A DNA stretch of 64,000 bases from Eledone cirrhosa. Lineage: Eukaryota. A program made the translations under genes and the position numbers. Positions 16,373 to 30,245 of the stretch are shown here, in pieces. The notes under the pieces were generated by a model. It was given only the letters and a program-made list of their open reading frames with translations. It was not told the origin of the DNA and ran no database searches. The stretch covers positions 38,812,001 to 38,876,000 of the forward strand of contig OZ024740.1 of the NCBI GenBank assembly GCA_964016885.1, given 5' to 3'. Position 1 is the first letter of the stretch. Each line of letters starts with the position of its first letter.

Positions 16373-17478
16373 TCATCATCATCATCATCATCACCGTTTT
16401 ACGTCCGTTCTTCCACGCTAGCATGGGTTAGACGGGTTGTCCTGTTGTGGGCAGTGTCTGGTCGGCTGACCATGCCTTGCTCATACAGGAACTGATCTGG
16501 CTTGATTTCTACAGCTGGATGCCCTTCCTAACACCAACCTCATTTACAGTGAGTGCTGGGTGCTTTTTCGTGGCGCCTACACGTCCACTTTACAGTGTGG
16601 GCTGGGTGCTTTTTTGCCGTGGCACCTCCACGGCCACCTTGCGGTGGGGGGGGGGCATATTGTTTATATGCTTCAGCATGTACCCATGGGAGGTCGGGTA
16701 CCCTGTATTACTGCGTGACGCCAGAAGTCACGGTCGTGTGTCATTGACTTTGAGAGGTGTAGTTGGGTAAGGTCGGCTTTTATCACCTCATCCCAAGTCA
16801 TCTTGGGTCTCCCCACTCCGCGGTTTCCATCAACTTCTAGTGCTCTGCACCTTTTTATGCAGCTGTCATCCTTCATACGCATCACATGTCCATACCAGCG
16901 TAACCGCCTCTCCTGCACGCAGCATTTGATTCCTCTTATGCTCAGTCTCTCTCTCAATTCCTTTATGCTTTGTCGTTCACGTATATTACTGTTACACATC
17001 CATCGGAGCATGCAGGCTTCGTTTCTCTCTAATCTACGTAAGTCTTCCACCTTCAGCGCCCAGGTCTCACTACCATGCAACATCGCTGTTCGGATACACG
17101 CATCATACAGTCTGCCTTTCATTCTGAGGGAGAAGCCTTTTGCAGCTAGCAGTGGTAGTAGTTCCCTAAACTTCTTCCATCCCGTTCTTACCCTAGTTAT
17201 TGTACTTTCTGAGCACCCACCTCCGTTGCTAATTCGGTCACCTAGGTAGCAGAAGCTGTCTACTGTTTCTACAGGGCCCTCCCAGAGATTGGTGGTACTT
17301 GTTTCCTGTGGCTGTTTGCTTGCTGTTTCAGCACAGCTGCTGCATGTGAATCCTACATTCTTAATTAAGCTTCCTGAGATCCCGCTACATCTCTTGTGTA
17401 CCCATTGTTTGTATTTGGGGCAGAGAATGGAGTTCCTACCTACACCTTTCCTACATACTGAGCAAGGCCATTTCCCTG
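16373..17478 (-). mobile_element. 5'-truncated RTE-clade LINE (3' end) with (GAT)n tail
   Basis: ORF 16673-17122 (KGRLYDACIRTAMLHGSETW..RRLRWYGHVMR..GRPK.TW) matches the C-terminus of 42057-45032. (CAT)n is at 16373-16393. Confidence 0.93.
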
Positions 17479-19105
<1,627 letters not shown>

Positions 19106-19425
19106 TAGATAGATAGATATAGGAGAAAAGCAATGTCAGTTAAAGAATGATGGCTGAAATTCACCAAAAGAGGAGGAAAGAAACTATTGAAAAGTTAATA
19201 AGAAAGAGAGGGGTGGGTTAAAGAAAGTAATTGAGGATTTGGCAACCAGCATAAGTTTTTAGTGTAGAGATATATATCAAATAATTCCAGAGAAAGTAAT
19301 ATTTCCCTGACAAAACAAAATTATTCATAGCACTTAGGTATCATTTCTATTTATTTTATTTATTCTATACACCTGTGAAAATAAATATATGCCTGTATAT
19401 ATAAATTTACATGTTGATGTGTCAA

Positions 19426-19488
<63 letters not shown>

Positions 19489-19734
19489 TAGTATCAATAT
19501 CTGTATCATTATATATAAAATATATAAAATGTTTCTTTAAAATTTTGCAAATATTTACTGATACCCTTCCTTTGCCAGAATATCTTCAGTTCACCTGTCT
19601 GACTGGTATTCTAGTTACACACTTTCATAAAACATTCACCCACACTCACACACACAAAGCTCCTCCACTTCCTCGAAGCGTGAGCCTACCTCCTGTCTTT
19701 TGTTTGTTTCATTTATTAACTATATATATGTATA

Positions 19735-19753
19735 TACACACACACATAAATAC

Positions 19754-19784
<31 letters not shown>

Positions 19785-19917
19785 TAAATACACATAAATA
19801 CATATATATATATACACACACACATAAATACATATATATATATACACACACACATAAATACATATATATATATACACACACACATAAATACATATATATA
19901 TATACACACACACATAA

Positions 19918-19962
<45 letters not shown>

Positions 19963-19985
19963 CACACGCATATATATATATATAT
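19735..19985. repeat. Compound (CA)/(TA) minisatellite, ~30-bp unit
   Basis: CACACACACATAAATACATATATATATATA repeated about 6 times. Confidence 0.85.
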
Positions 19986-20129
19986 GTAAAGAAAGAGAAA
20001 CAAAGTAGGTGTATATGTAAGTACGTGTGAGAATTGTGTTAGCAATGCCAATAATAGCAAATGTTTTGTAAAAAGGCCAAAAGAATGAAAAAGAAAATAA
20101 AGAAATATATGTGAAATAATTATAACAGA

Positions 20130-20345
20130 AAACATGAGTGTTTCCTCCAAAACAGTGAGTGATTCCTCAAACACAGTGAGTGGTTCCTCCAAGACTGAGT
20201 GGTTCCTCCAACACAGTCAGTGGTTATCCAGCTCAATGAGTGGTTCCTCTAAGACAGTCAGTGGTTCCTTTAAGACTGTGGTTGGTTTCTCTAACATAGT
20301 GATTCCCCCATCATAGTGAATAGTTCCTCCAAGACTGTGTGTGGC
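20130..20345. repeat. Degenerate ~21-bp minisatellite (CAGTGAGTGGTTCCTCCAARA)
   Basis: About 10 diverged copies are visible. Confidence 0.75.
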
Positions 20346-20982
20346 ACCACAATATTGAGAAGTGGTCCCAAAATCTAAACTTTAAACAATGATATACTAA
20401 AAGAAATACTGTACAGAGTTTACCAATAGATATTAACAAATCCAATAACATTAATTAAGTAAATTGGTTTAATTGGTGGAGCTGTTAGTCTGTCAGACAA
20501 AACACTAATTGTGGCTGTTTGTGTTGTAAGTTCAAATCCTGCCATAGTCAAGAGAATGGATAAAATAAAGTTCCAGCCCAAAGTGATTGATTGGTGGAAT
20601 TGTTGGGATTCCAAATAAGATGCCTTGCAGTATTTGTTTCAGCTCTTTATGTTTTAAGTTAGAATTCTGTTGTGATTTACCTGGGAGGTAGACTTTAACA
20701 CCACCACCTGGTCCTTTGGTGCCTTTAATGCAGACCACTCGATTGCAAGCATTCAGACCAGTTCTTTGCTCAAAGGATACCTTCCTCCTTCCCCTCCCCC
20801 TCACCAGTCGTGGAAGCCCTAAAGACCTCCTCTCTCCCCATCACCAATCTCAGAGACCTTGAAAACCTCCTCCCTCGCCCTCCCCTTCAGCAGTCTCAGA
20901 GGCCTTAAACACCTTTATGAACACTGGCATTCCCCTTCCCCTCTCACTAAACAATAAAAACAATCTAAATAGGGAGATAAAA

Positions 20983-21211
20983 TTAACCCTTTAGCATTTA
21001 CATTACTCTATATTTACTATTACATTTTCACGGTAAAAGCTTTACCTTACATACTGATCTCTCATAATATCGAATCTATGAGATTTTGATGTTATTTATT
21101 TTAAGTACAATATCTTAACATCAGTATGAGCAGCCAGATACAACCAGTTTGAACAGAAAGAGGTGAGAGAATTCTGGCCGGATATGGCTGGTTTAAATGC
21201 TAAAGGGTTAA
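20983..21211 (+). mobile_element. piggyBac-like MITE
   Basis: TTAA-CCCTTTAGCATTTA ... TAAATGCTAAAGGG-TTAA: TIRs beginning CCC, with a TTAA target duplication. Confidence 0.88.
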
Positions 21212-21334
21212 AAGAATAATTTGAATTCATCAAAAGCTTGTGTGGCACTTTTTACCATTAATATCTTTAATATTTTCCCTACATTAATTATTTTTTCTGT
21301 TGATATTTTTAACAATAATTTCTACCATTCATTA

Positions 21335-21658
21335 TTATTGGCAATAGATCTGAGTTCAAATCCCACCGAGGTTAACTTTGCCTTTCATCCTTACGGGGTC
21401 GATAAAAGAAAGTACCAGTAATACACTGGGTAATTGCTGGCCTTGTGCCAAAAGTAGAAACAATTATTATTGGCAGTATTAGTAGAGCATTGGACATACT
21501 TTACGGGATAGAGTTGCGGCCCTTTACGTTCTGAGTTAAATCCTGCTGATGTTAGCTTTGCCTTTCATCCTTATGGAGTCGATAGTACCAGTATCAAACT
21601 GGGATCAATTTAACCTTCAAATTGCTGGCCTTGTGCCAAATGTAGAAACAATTGTTAT
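21335..21658 (+). mobile_element. Two adjacent tRNA-derived SINE copies with a Meta-domain-like core
   Basis: B box GAGTTCAAATCC; core TTTGCCTTTCATCCTTACGGGGTCGATAAAA..AGTACCAG; end GCTGGCCTTGTGCCAAAAGTAGAAACAATT. Confidence 0.8.
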
Positions 21659-21859
21659 TAGATTTTTTAAAATATTTATAAAATATCCCAACATTTTGAA
21701 AACCAAATATCAAGATTGAAATTACATGATATCAGTATTTTTATTAACTTAGCTGTAAAGGCAATGGCCGATATATCCACAGAGAAACTAATTCAATTCT
21801 TCACTTTTGGTAACATTTATCATACAATTATAATATTATTAAACTCTAGCCAGAATTCT

Positions 21860-22500
21860 ACCTTCATCATCATCATCACTATCACCAGTAACATTACATC
21901 ATCATAATTATCGTTATCATCATTATCATTTCTTCATCAACATCATTATCACCAATACGGGGTCGATAAAATAAAGTACCAGTAATGCACTGGGTAATTG
22001 CTGGCTTTGTGCCTAAAGTAGAAACAATTATCACCAATAGCATTACATTAACATCATCATCATCAACATTATCATTGCCATCATTATCATCACCATCATT
22101 GCCATCATCATTATCGTCCCCACCATCACCATCATTATCATCATTATCATCACCATTGTGGCGGTGGATTGGCAGTATCGGTAGAGGGTCGGGTACCATG
22201 CTTTGATGCATAGAGTTACGGCCCTTGCCATTCTGAGTTCAAATGCCGCTGAGGTCAACTTTGCCTTTCATCCTTACGGGGTCGATAAAATAAAGTACCA
22301 GTAATGTACTGGGTAATTGCTGGCCTTGTGCCAAAAGTAGAAACAATTAATATCACCATCATCATCATCACCATCATTATCACCACCACCATCATCATCA
22401 CCATCATTGCCATCATCATCATTATCATTACCATCATTGCCACCATCATCACCAACACTCATCATCATCATCATTATCATCATCATCATCACCATCACCT
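21860..22500. repeat. Degenerate (CAT)n/(CAC)n microsatellite interleaved with SINE copies
   Basis: Directly visible; partial SINE at 21957-22030. Confidence 0.85.
22158..22350 (+). mobile_element. Full-length Meta-domain-like tRNA SINE
   Basis: A box TGGCAGTATCGG, B box GAGTTCAAATG, Meta-like core. Further copies at ~20455, 36865, 45620 (-), 46845, 48000, 52888, 57126 and 61075. Confidence 0.85.
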
Positions 22501-22911
22501 CTTGGGGGTATAAAAATAGGGAAATCAATTACACCAACACAATTTCTGTTCATTGCTTCAGTGGTTGACAAAACAGAGTAGATAGTAACACTTGTAGATT
22601 GTAATCTGTTGAAGTATATTTCATAATTACCAATCACTCACCTCAAGTCAACAGTAAGAAGGGCAGAGTGAAAGCTTTACGACTATTTAACAGATGATTG
22701 TCAGCTCTGTTTTCCATCTATACTCACTGACAGTTTAACCAGGAAATTGATCTCAATCCATGTTTGATTGATGAATAGTTTTCTTTAATGAGACAATGAT
22801 TCTTTCAGTATCAGTAATTATCCACGGGATCATTAGCTGTCAATGTTTGTCTTTAAGATAGAGATTAGACAATAAGATCTGATAGTAAATTAAATAGATC
22901 ACAATGTATTT

Positions 22912-23140
22912 TTAACCCTTTAACATTCACATTACTCTATATTTACTATTGTATTTTAACTGTAAAAGCTTTATTTCACATAATTATCTCACATAATATC
23001 AAATGTACAAGATTTTGATATTATTTAGTTTGAGAACAATACCTTAACATCAGTATAACTGGCCAGTTACAACTGGTTTGAACAGAAAAAGGAGAGCGAA
23101 TTCTGGTCGGATATGGCCGGTTTAAATGCTAAAGGGTTAA
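22912..23140 (+). mobile_element. piggyBac-like MITE copy
   Basis: Same TIR and TTAA termini as 20983-21211. Confidence 0.87.
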
Positions 23141-23306
23141 GTGATTTCTCCAATTTGGTTTAATCTGGGGTTCAAGTAGTAGTTTGTAATCAAAGTAAAT
23201 TTGAACATGGTAGTTAGAATTAAACTAACATCTATTAGGACCGACCTGTTAGTACCAGATGTGGCAACTTTCTTCTGATTGAGTTATTCATTTCAGGCCA
23301 TCATTA

Positions 23307-23856
23307 TTAACCCTTTAGCGTTTATATTACTCTATATATACTATTATATTTTCATGGTAAAGGCTTTATTTCACATAATTATCTTGCATAATATCGAATC
23401 TATGAAACTGATATTATTTATTTTGAGAACAATACCTTAACAGCAGTATGAGCAGTTGGTTATAGCCGGTTTAAACAGAAAGAGGTGAGAGAATTCTGGC
23501 TGGATATCATCATCATTTCATTTTACATCCGCTTTTTCCCTGCTTGCAAGGGTGGGACGGGAACTGATTCTGGCTTGATTTCTACAGCTGGATGCCCTTC
23601 CTAACACCAACCTCATTTTACAGTGAGTGCTGGGTGCTTTTTTGCCGTGGCACCTCCACGACCACTTTGCAGTGGAATGATATGGACCCCAGTCCCTATC
23701 ATCTCATTTCTACAGCTGAGTAAACTGGAGCAATGTGAAATAAAGTGTCTTGCTCAAGGAAAAAACACATCACTCGGTCTGAGAATTGAACTCACAACCT
23801 TTCGATTGCAAGGCCAATGCTCTAGCCACTAAGCCATGTAAATGCTAAAGGGTTAA
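23307..23856 (+). mobile_element. piggyBac-like MITE interrupted by a SINE
   Basis: TTAACCCTTTAGCG at 23307 and AAATGCTAAAGGGTTAA ending at 23856; SINE insert at 23506-23839. Confidence 0.85.
23506..23839 (-). mobile_element. tRNA-CORE SINE with an RTE-derived 3' tail
   Basis: Reverse complement of the 36113-36436 family. Confidence 0.88.
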
Positions 23857-23934
23857 TCTTCACCCAAATAAAAGTTATTTATTTCAGGTCCACCATTATC
23901 AATCTTCACCCAATAAAAAGTAGATATTCTTCTT

Positions 23935-24156
23935 CTTTGCCCACTTATTTGCCCTTGGAAGGTGATGGGGGCAGAGTCCTCCTCAAACATGCCACCTGTT
24001 GGAAAAATATATTGCAGTTCCCACCCAACACTGCAAGAACTGTCAATGGACCTGCAACTTGGGAGGTGTGGGATGGAAGCACAAAGGTTACATATACTGA
24101 GACCCCAGAGAGGGTCTGGAAGGGAGCAAACCTTGACAACTGGCAACTGGAATGTT
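23935..24156 (+). mobile_element. Fragment of the Expander/Rex3-like LINE 5' region
   Basis: LHILRPQRGSGREQTLTTGNWNV resembles LHILRLQRGFGREQTFIRTWNI at ~54115-54180. Confidence 0.7.
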
Positions 24157-24312
24157 TAGATGGTGTGGTTTTGAAATTCTTATGAGCAAAGGATATATTT
24201 ATGAAGTTTTAATATTTTGACATTTTTAATGTTTTAAGTGTTTAGAGTAGAGTTTCACCACTTCACTACTCCATTACATGATTTTTTAACAATTTCCCAC
24301 TATTTTGAAAGC

Positions 24313-25850
24313 CATCATCATCATCACCGTTTTACGTCCGTTCTTCCATGCTAGCATGGGTTAGACGGGTTGTCCTGTTGTGGGCAGTGTCTGGTCAGCT
24401 GACCATGCCTTGCTCATACAGAAACTGATTTTGGCTTGATTTCTACAGCTGGATGCCCTTCCTAACACCAACCTCATTTACAGTGAGTGCTGGGTGCTTT
24501 TTCCATGGCGCCTACACGTCCACTTTACAGTGTGGGCTGGGTGCTTTTTTGCCGTGACACCTCCACGACCACTTTGCAGTGGAAGGGTGTGGGGGCATAT
24601 TGTCTATATGCTTCAGCTTGTACCTGTGGGGGGGTCGGGTACTCTGTATTACTGCATGACGCCAGAGGTCACGGTCATGTGTCATCGCCTTTGAGAGGTG
24701 TAATTGGGTAAGGTCGGCTTTTATCACCTCATCCCAGGTCTTCTTGGGTCTCCCCACTCCGCGGTTTCCATCGACTTCTAGTGCTCTGCACCTTTTTATG
24801 CAGCTGTCATCCTTCATACGCATCACATGTCCATACCAATGCAACTGCCTCTCCTGCACGCAGCATTTGATTCCTCTTATGCTCAGTCTCTCTCTCAATT
24901 CATTTATGCTTTGCCGTTCACGTATATTACTATTACACATCCATCGGAGCATGCAGGCTTCATTTCTTTCTAATCTATGCAAGTCTTCTACAGATAGCAC
25001 CCAGGTCCCACTACCATGTAACATTGCTGTTCGGATACACGCATCATACAGTCTGCCTTTTATTTTGAGGGAGAAGCCTTTTGCAGCTAGCAGTGGCAGT
25101 AGTTCCCTGAATCTCTTCCATCCCGTTCTTACCCTAGTTATTGTACTTTCTGAACACCCACCTCCGCTGCTAATTCGGTCACCTAGATAGCAGAAGCTGT
25201 CTACTGTTTCTACAGAGCCCTCTCAGAGATTGGTGGTACTTGTTTCCTGTGGCCGTTTGCTGCCCCAGCACAGCTGCTGCATGTGAAGCCTACATTCTTA
25301 ATTAAGCTTCCTGAGATCCTGCTACATCTCTTGTGTACCCATTGTTTGCATTTGGGGCAGAGAATGGAGTTCCTACCTACACCTTTCCTACATACTGAGC
25401 AAGACCATTTCCCTGAGAGGATCTGGGTTCTGTTTTCTCATCTACTTACAAGGGCCTTAGTCTTTGTCAGGTTGACTTTGAGACCCTTTCTTTCTAGTCC
25501 CTGCTTCCAAGTTTGGAATTTCTTCTCTAGTTTTACCATAGATTCAGCTATAAGTGCGAGGTCATCAGCATACAGGAGTTCCCATGGGCATCCGGTCTTA
25601 AACTCCTCCGTTATTGCCTGCAGGACTATGATGAACAGGAGAGGGTTAAGAACAGAGCCCTGGTGGACACCAACCTGTACGCTAAATTCCTCGCTATACT
25701 CATTGCTAATCCTAACTTTGCTGACTGCTCCCCTATACATGGCTTGTACAGCTTTCACAAGCCATTCATCTACTCCTAGTTTCCTAAGAGCCCACCAGAT
25801 TACAGCACGTGGAACTCTGTCAAAGGCTTTCTCAAGATCGACGAATGCCA
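24313..25850 (-). mobile_element. 5'-truncated RTE-clade LINE (RT C-terminal half to tail)
   Basis: AFVDLEKAFDRVPR, GVHQGSVLNPLLF, ELLYADDLALI, C-terminal domain and (GAT)n tail. Confidence 0.93.
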
Positions 25851-25881
25851 TATTAATTCAAAATACATAAAAACAATTGGA

Positions 25882-27366
25882 AAAACTGGTGTAATATTCA
25901 CCTCCAAAGTGAAACTGGTGTAATATTTACTTTTAAAGTGAAACTGGTGTAATATTTACTTTTAAAGTGAAACTGGTGTAATATTTACTTTTAAAGTGAA
26001 ACTGGTGTAATATTTACTTTTAAAGTGAAACTGGTGTAATATTTACTTTTAAAGTGAAACTGGTGTAATATTTACTTTTAAAGTGAAACTGGTGTAATAT
26101 TCCCTTTTAAAGTGAAACTGGTGTAATATTCACCTCCAAAGTGAAACTGGTGTAATATTTACTTTTAAAGTGAAACTGGTGTAATATTTCCTTTTAAAGT
26201 GAAACTGGTGTAATATTCACTTTTAAAGTGAAACTGGTGTAATATTCACTTTTAAAGTGAAACTGGTGTAATATTCACTTTTAAAGTGAAACTGGTGTAA
26301 TATTTACTTTTAAAGTGAAACTGGTGTAATATTCACTTTTAAAGTGAAACTGGTGTAATATTCACTTTTAAAGTGAAACTGGTGTAATATTCACTTTTAA
26401 AGTGAAACTGGTGTAATATTCACTTTTAAAGTGAAACTGGTGTAATATTTACTTTTAAAGTGAAACTGGTGTAATATTCCCTTTTAAAGTGAAACTGGTG
26501 TAATATTTACTTTTAAAGTGAAACTGGTGTAATATTCCTTTTAAAGTGAAACTGGTGTAATATTCACCTCCAAAGTGAAACTGGTGTAATATTCCCTTTT
26601 AAAGTGAAACTGGTGTAATATTCACCTCCAAAGTGAAACTGGTGTAATATTCACTTTTAAAGTGAAACTGGTTTAATATTCCCTTTTAAAGTGAAACTGG
26701 TGTAATATTCCTCTTTAAAGTGAAACTGGTGTAATATTTACTTTTAAAGTGAAACTGGTGTAATATTCACTTTTAAAGTGAAACTGGTGTAATATTCACC
26801 TCCAAAGTGAAACTGGTGTAATATTCACCTCCAAAGTGAAACTGGTGTAATATTCACTTTTAAAGTGAAACTGGTGTAATATTCACCTCCAAAGTGAAAC
26901 TGGTGTAATATTCACTTTTAAAGTGAAACTGGTGTAATATTCACCTCCAAAGTGAAACTGGTGTAATATTCACTTTTAAAGTGAAACTGGTGTAATATTC
27001 ACCTCCAAAGTGAAACTGGTGTAATATTCACTTTTAAAGTGAAACTGGTGTAATATTCACCTCCAAAGTGAAACTGGTGTAATATTCACTTTTAAAGTGA
27101 AACTGGTGTAATATTCACCTCCAAAGTGAAACTGGTGTAATATTCACCTCCAAAGTGAAACTGGTGTAATATTCCCTTTTAAAGTGAAACTGGTGTAATA
27201 TTCACTTTTAAAGTGAAACTGGTGTAATATTCCCTTTTAAAGTGAAACTGGTGTAATATTTACTTTTAAAGTGAAACTGGTGTAATATTTACTTTTCAAG
27301 TGAAACTGGTGTAATATTCACCTCCAAAGTGAAACTGGTGTAATATTTACTTTTAAAGTGAAACTA
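25882..27366. repeat. 29-bp minisatellite, ~51 copies (AAAGTGAAACTGGTGTAATATTCACTTTT)
   Basis: Directly visible; variation is confined to the TTCACTTTT/TTTACTTTT/TTCCCTTTT/TTCACCTCC segment. Confidence 0.97.
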
Positions 27367-27805
27367 GTAGAAATTTGAAGTTGGTGAAAATCGGCAAAAT
27401 ATTGACCCCCAAATATAAGACGATCCCCTCATTTTACCATCAATTTTTTTTGTCACATATTTGCTGGCTTATATACAATAATTTCAGGTCCACCATTATC
27501 AATGTTCACACAATACAAGATAGATTGTATGGAGGTAATTATGATGGCAGAGAACTCAAGCATACCCCCTCCTCCCCTAAAATACTCTTTAGACCATCAA
27601 CCCTTTCATGGAATCCTTCAACTTTTATTGAGTCCAGGCATGTACAAAAATTAATAAGTAGATAAATAAACAGAATATAAAATAAACAATAAAGACTAAT
27701 TATATATTAATTAGAAACCTTTATATCTTATATTTTATTGTATTGTCTTATGTATTTTCATTTTTTATATAAATGTCAGGTTTTGGACCCCAAATTCAGT
27801 CAACC

Positions 27806-28176
27806 TCCCTGAGTAGTACCATCAAGCCCTTGAATAGTACCAGCTATCTCTGGGTAATACCATCAATGCCCTAGGTAGTACCATCAACACCCTGGAGAGT
27901 CCCTTCAACCCCCTATGTAGTACCATCAAGCCCTGGGTAGTCCCATCAATCACCTGGGTAGTCCCATCAATCCCTGGTAGTCCCATCAATCCCCTGGGTA
28001 GTCCCATCAATCCCCTGGGTAGTCCCATCAATCCCCTGGGTAGTCCCATCGATGCCCTGGGTAGTCCCATCGATGCCCTGGGTAGTCCCATCGATGCCCT
28101 GGGTAGTCCCATCGATCCCCTGGGTAGTCCCATCGATCCCCTGGGTAGTCCCATTAAATCCCTGGGTAGTCCCATC
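27806..28176. repeat. 21-bp minisatellite (CCCCTGGGTAGTCCCATCAAT), ~17 copies
   Basis: Directly visible; more degenerate toward the left end. Confidence 0.92.
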
Positions 28177-28434
28177 CACAAATATCTTATTTGATACTCT
28201 GTATTCCTATTCAGAATTTAGGTTCAATGGAAAATCCTATTTGTTGAGATATTTATTAGAATTATTTAACAAATTGACTGCCACCTGTCCCAACAGAGAG
28301 GCTTGAAATAGACCTGAAGATGGTGGATATACAATAACAAAAAAATTGTTGTTAGATGATAGATAACTTCTATTGATATGATCTGAATCAACAAGGTACC
28401 AGACATCATTCGCTTACCAAGTGAGGTGGAACTC

Positions 28435-28625
28435 ATCAGATCAGACCAAAGAAACAATGTTTCCATTGGTCTCTCCAATTGCTGATACTATCTACCAGTT
28501 GCAACTCCTGGCAGAAGAAGCAACATGAAATACAGCGTCCTGCTCAAGAACACAACTTATCGCCCAGCCAGTGAATCGAACTCACAAACTCGCAATTGTG
28601 AATCTAACTCCCTAAACACCACTGA
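28435..28625 (-). mobile_element. Diverged tRNA-CORE SINE, second tail type
   Basis: Reverse-complement similarity to 50946-51153 (ACCAATGGAAACATTGTTTC). Confidence 0.7.
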
Positions 28626-29874
28626 TATAATCAGTGCCAATCTCTATCAATTCGAATTTACCATCAAATATAATGTTCTAGGTTAAATTGTGTTCTTTTA
28701 TTTTTAAATATTGCAATAACTATTCTGAAAATTGGTTCTAAACATTAAAGCTACTTTGTAAAATCCACTAAATTTTATAATATATTAATTTATAAATTAG
28801 TCACTTCAAATTTAACAAATTGAACATTTTAAGGAATTCTACAGAAAATGTATTTTCTTTTTTAAATCTTCCTCAACTATTTTCTCATCAGAAATGTCTT
28901 TTATGATTAAGCTTTGCCAAATTAACCTAACTACTGAAAGTATTATCTTTATCATATTTATCTGTATATTAGATTCTATTGAACACTCTATATAATTATA
29001 TTGCCTCACTGATTCTATTCCAAATATTCATATCAATATTAATCTATCTGCCATTACATTCATCTATTTCCACACATTGCTGCTTTTCTGTGCTCTCAGA
29101 CAAACTTCTAGGAAAACATTACTTCAGAATTCTGTTTACTTTTCTCAAGTTACTAATCTTATTAACTTCACACAATCTATCGTTTTACTTTTCTCCTTCA
29201 CCCTCATCATCATCGTCATCATCATGAAAACCAACATATTTTATGAATCATACAAACTTAATCATCTCTCTTACATACATCAGTTAATACCTTTCACACT
29301 AAATCACTTTCTCAACTTTCTTAAAGTTATCAATGTATATCCAATAAATTAAATTAATATCTTTCTAATGCCTGCAGATTTTCTACATTCACTTGTTATG
29401 TTTTAATTAGATCACAAATACCTCATATAGTTTGTCTTTAGAACAAAGATAAAAATACTTAGTTGCTAACAGAAGTTGTTATCCTCTAAACATTTGCAAA
29501 TCTATATATGCCTTAGCTATTATTCTCTGACTATTTCCCACCAAGTAACAATAACCCAGAACTTACCTTCTATAGTCTGTGAGATACCTAAATCACTAGT
29601 CTTCCATCCATAGCAGCTCTCATTTTAGTTCATCCAATGCATGGCTTTGTGAACATATTACTAAATAGTGTTTGGACCTTAGTAAGGCCTTTTAACTCCA
29701 ACCTAGTCTTACCAATTTCACAACTTTTCAATCTTGGAATTAATTTTGTAATGAAAAATGGACCATCTGCCTTTCTCATGGCAGAACCTTAAGGATTAAG
29801 ATGGTAAGAGAGATAATGATAGATCTTTTGAAGAACAAGTTCTTCAAAAGATCATTAATCTATCTCAGGTTAAC

Positions 29875-29965
29875 TACCAAACTACCAAGTTTAGAATCTT
29901 GATTAAATTCTTTTCTAGGTCAACAAATACAAGACAAAGATTATTCTTTGACAAATATTTTTGTG
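29875..29965 (-). mobile_element. Tiny decayed RTE RT fragment
   Basis: QKYLSKNNLCLVFVDLEKNLIKI resembles EKYLAKGKPLYLAFVDLEKAFDRV. Confidence 0.55.
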
Positions 29966-30005
29966 TATTTACACTTGTTTGTGTATGAATCATTATAAAA
30001 GTACA

Positions 30006-30045
<40 letters not shown>

Positions 30046-30061
30046 ATGATATACACACACG

Positions 30062-30171
30062 TTTTGGGGGTCTCTTGATAAGCCTTATCAACCTCACAGC
30101 GATGGCGCACCTCTATAGTGCATATATTGCTGCAAACGGACTTGGCAAAACTGCAGTCGGGTCTTTGAAGA
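30062..30171 (+). ncRNA. Decayed hammerhead-like motif in a TA-flanked island
   Basis: tTGATaA-GCC...GGC-aAAA-C-TGCA-G-TC, three transitions away from the CTGATGA/GAAA core. Internal pairings CAGCGAT/ATTGCTG and GCAC/GTGC; wobble-rich stem I. Confidence 0.5.
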
Positions 30172-30212
30172 AAATACAGGTATATTTTTTTCTATTATTT
30201 CCTCGGATTTTT

Positions 30213-30245
<33 letters not shown>

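Noticed and set aside
16803-17249. Antisense ORFs over RTE copies (also 24744-25870 and 42149-44842)
   Set aside because: Shadow ORFs opposite the real LINE reading frame.
25882-27366. CRISPR-like appearance of the 29-bp array (also the 45- and 75-bp arrays)
   Set aside because: Units are contiguous with no unique spacers, there are no cas genes, and the context is eukaryotic.
29566-29789. Possible minus-strand exon (AG|GTAAGT donor near 29566, pyrimidine tract near 29790)
   Set aside because: All three frames contain stops and the acceptor is weak; a non-coding exon cannot be excluded without RNA data.
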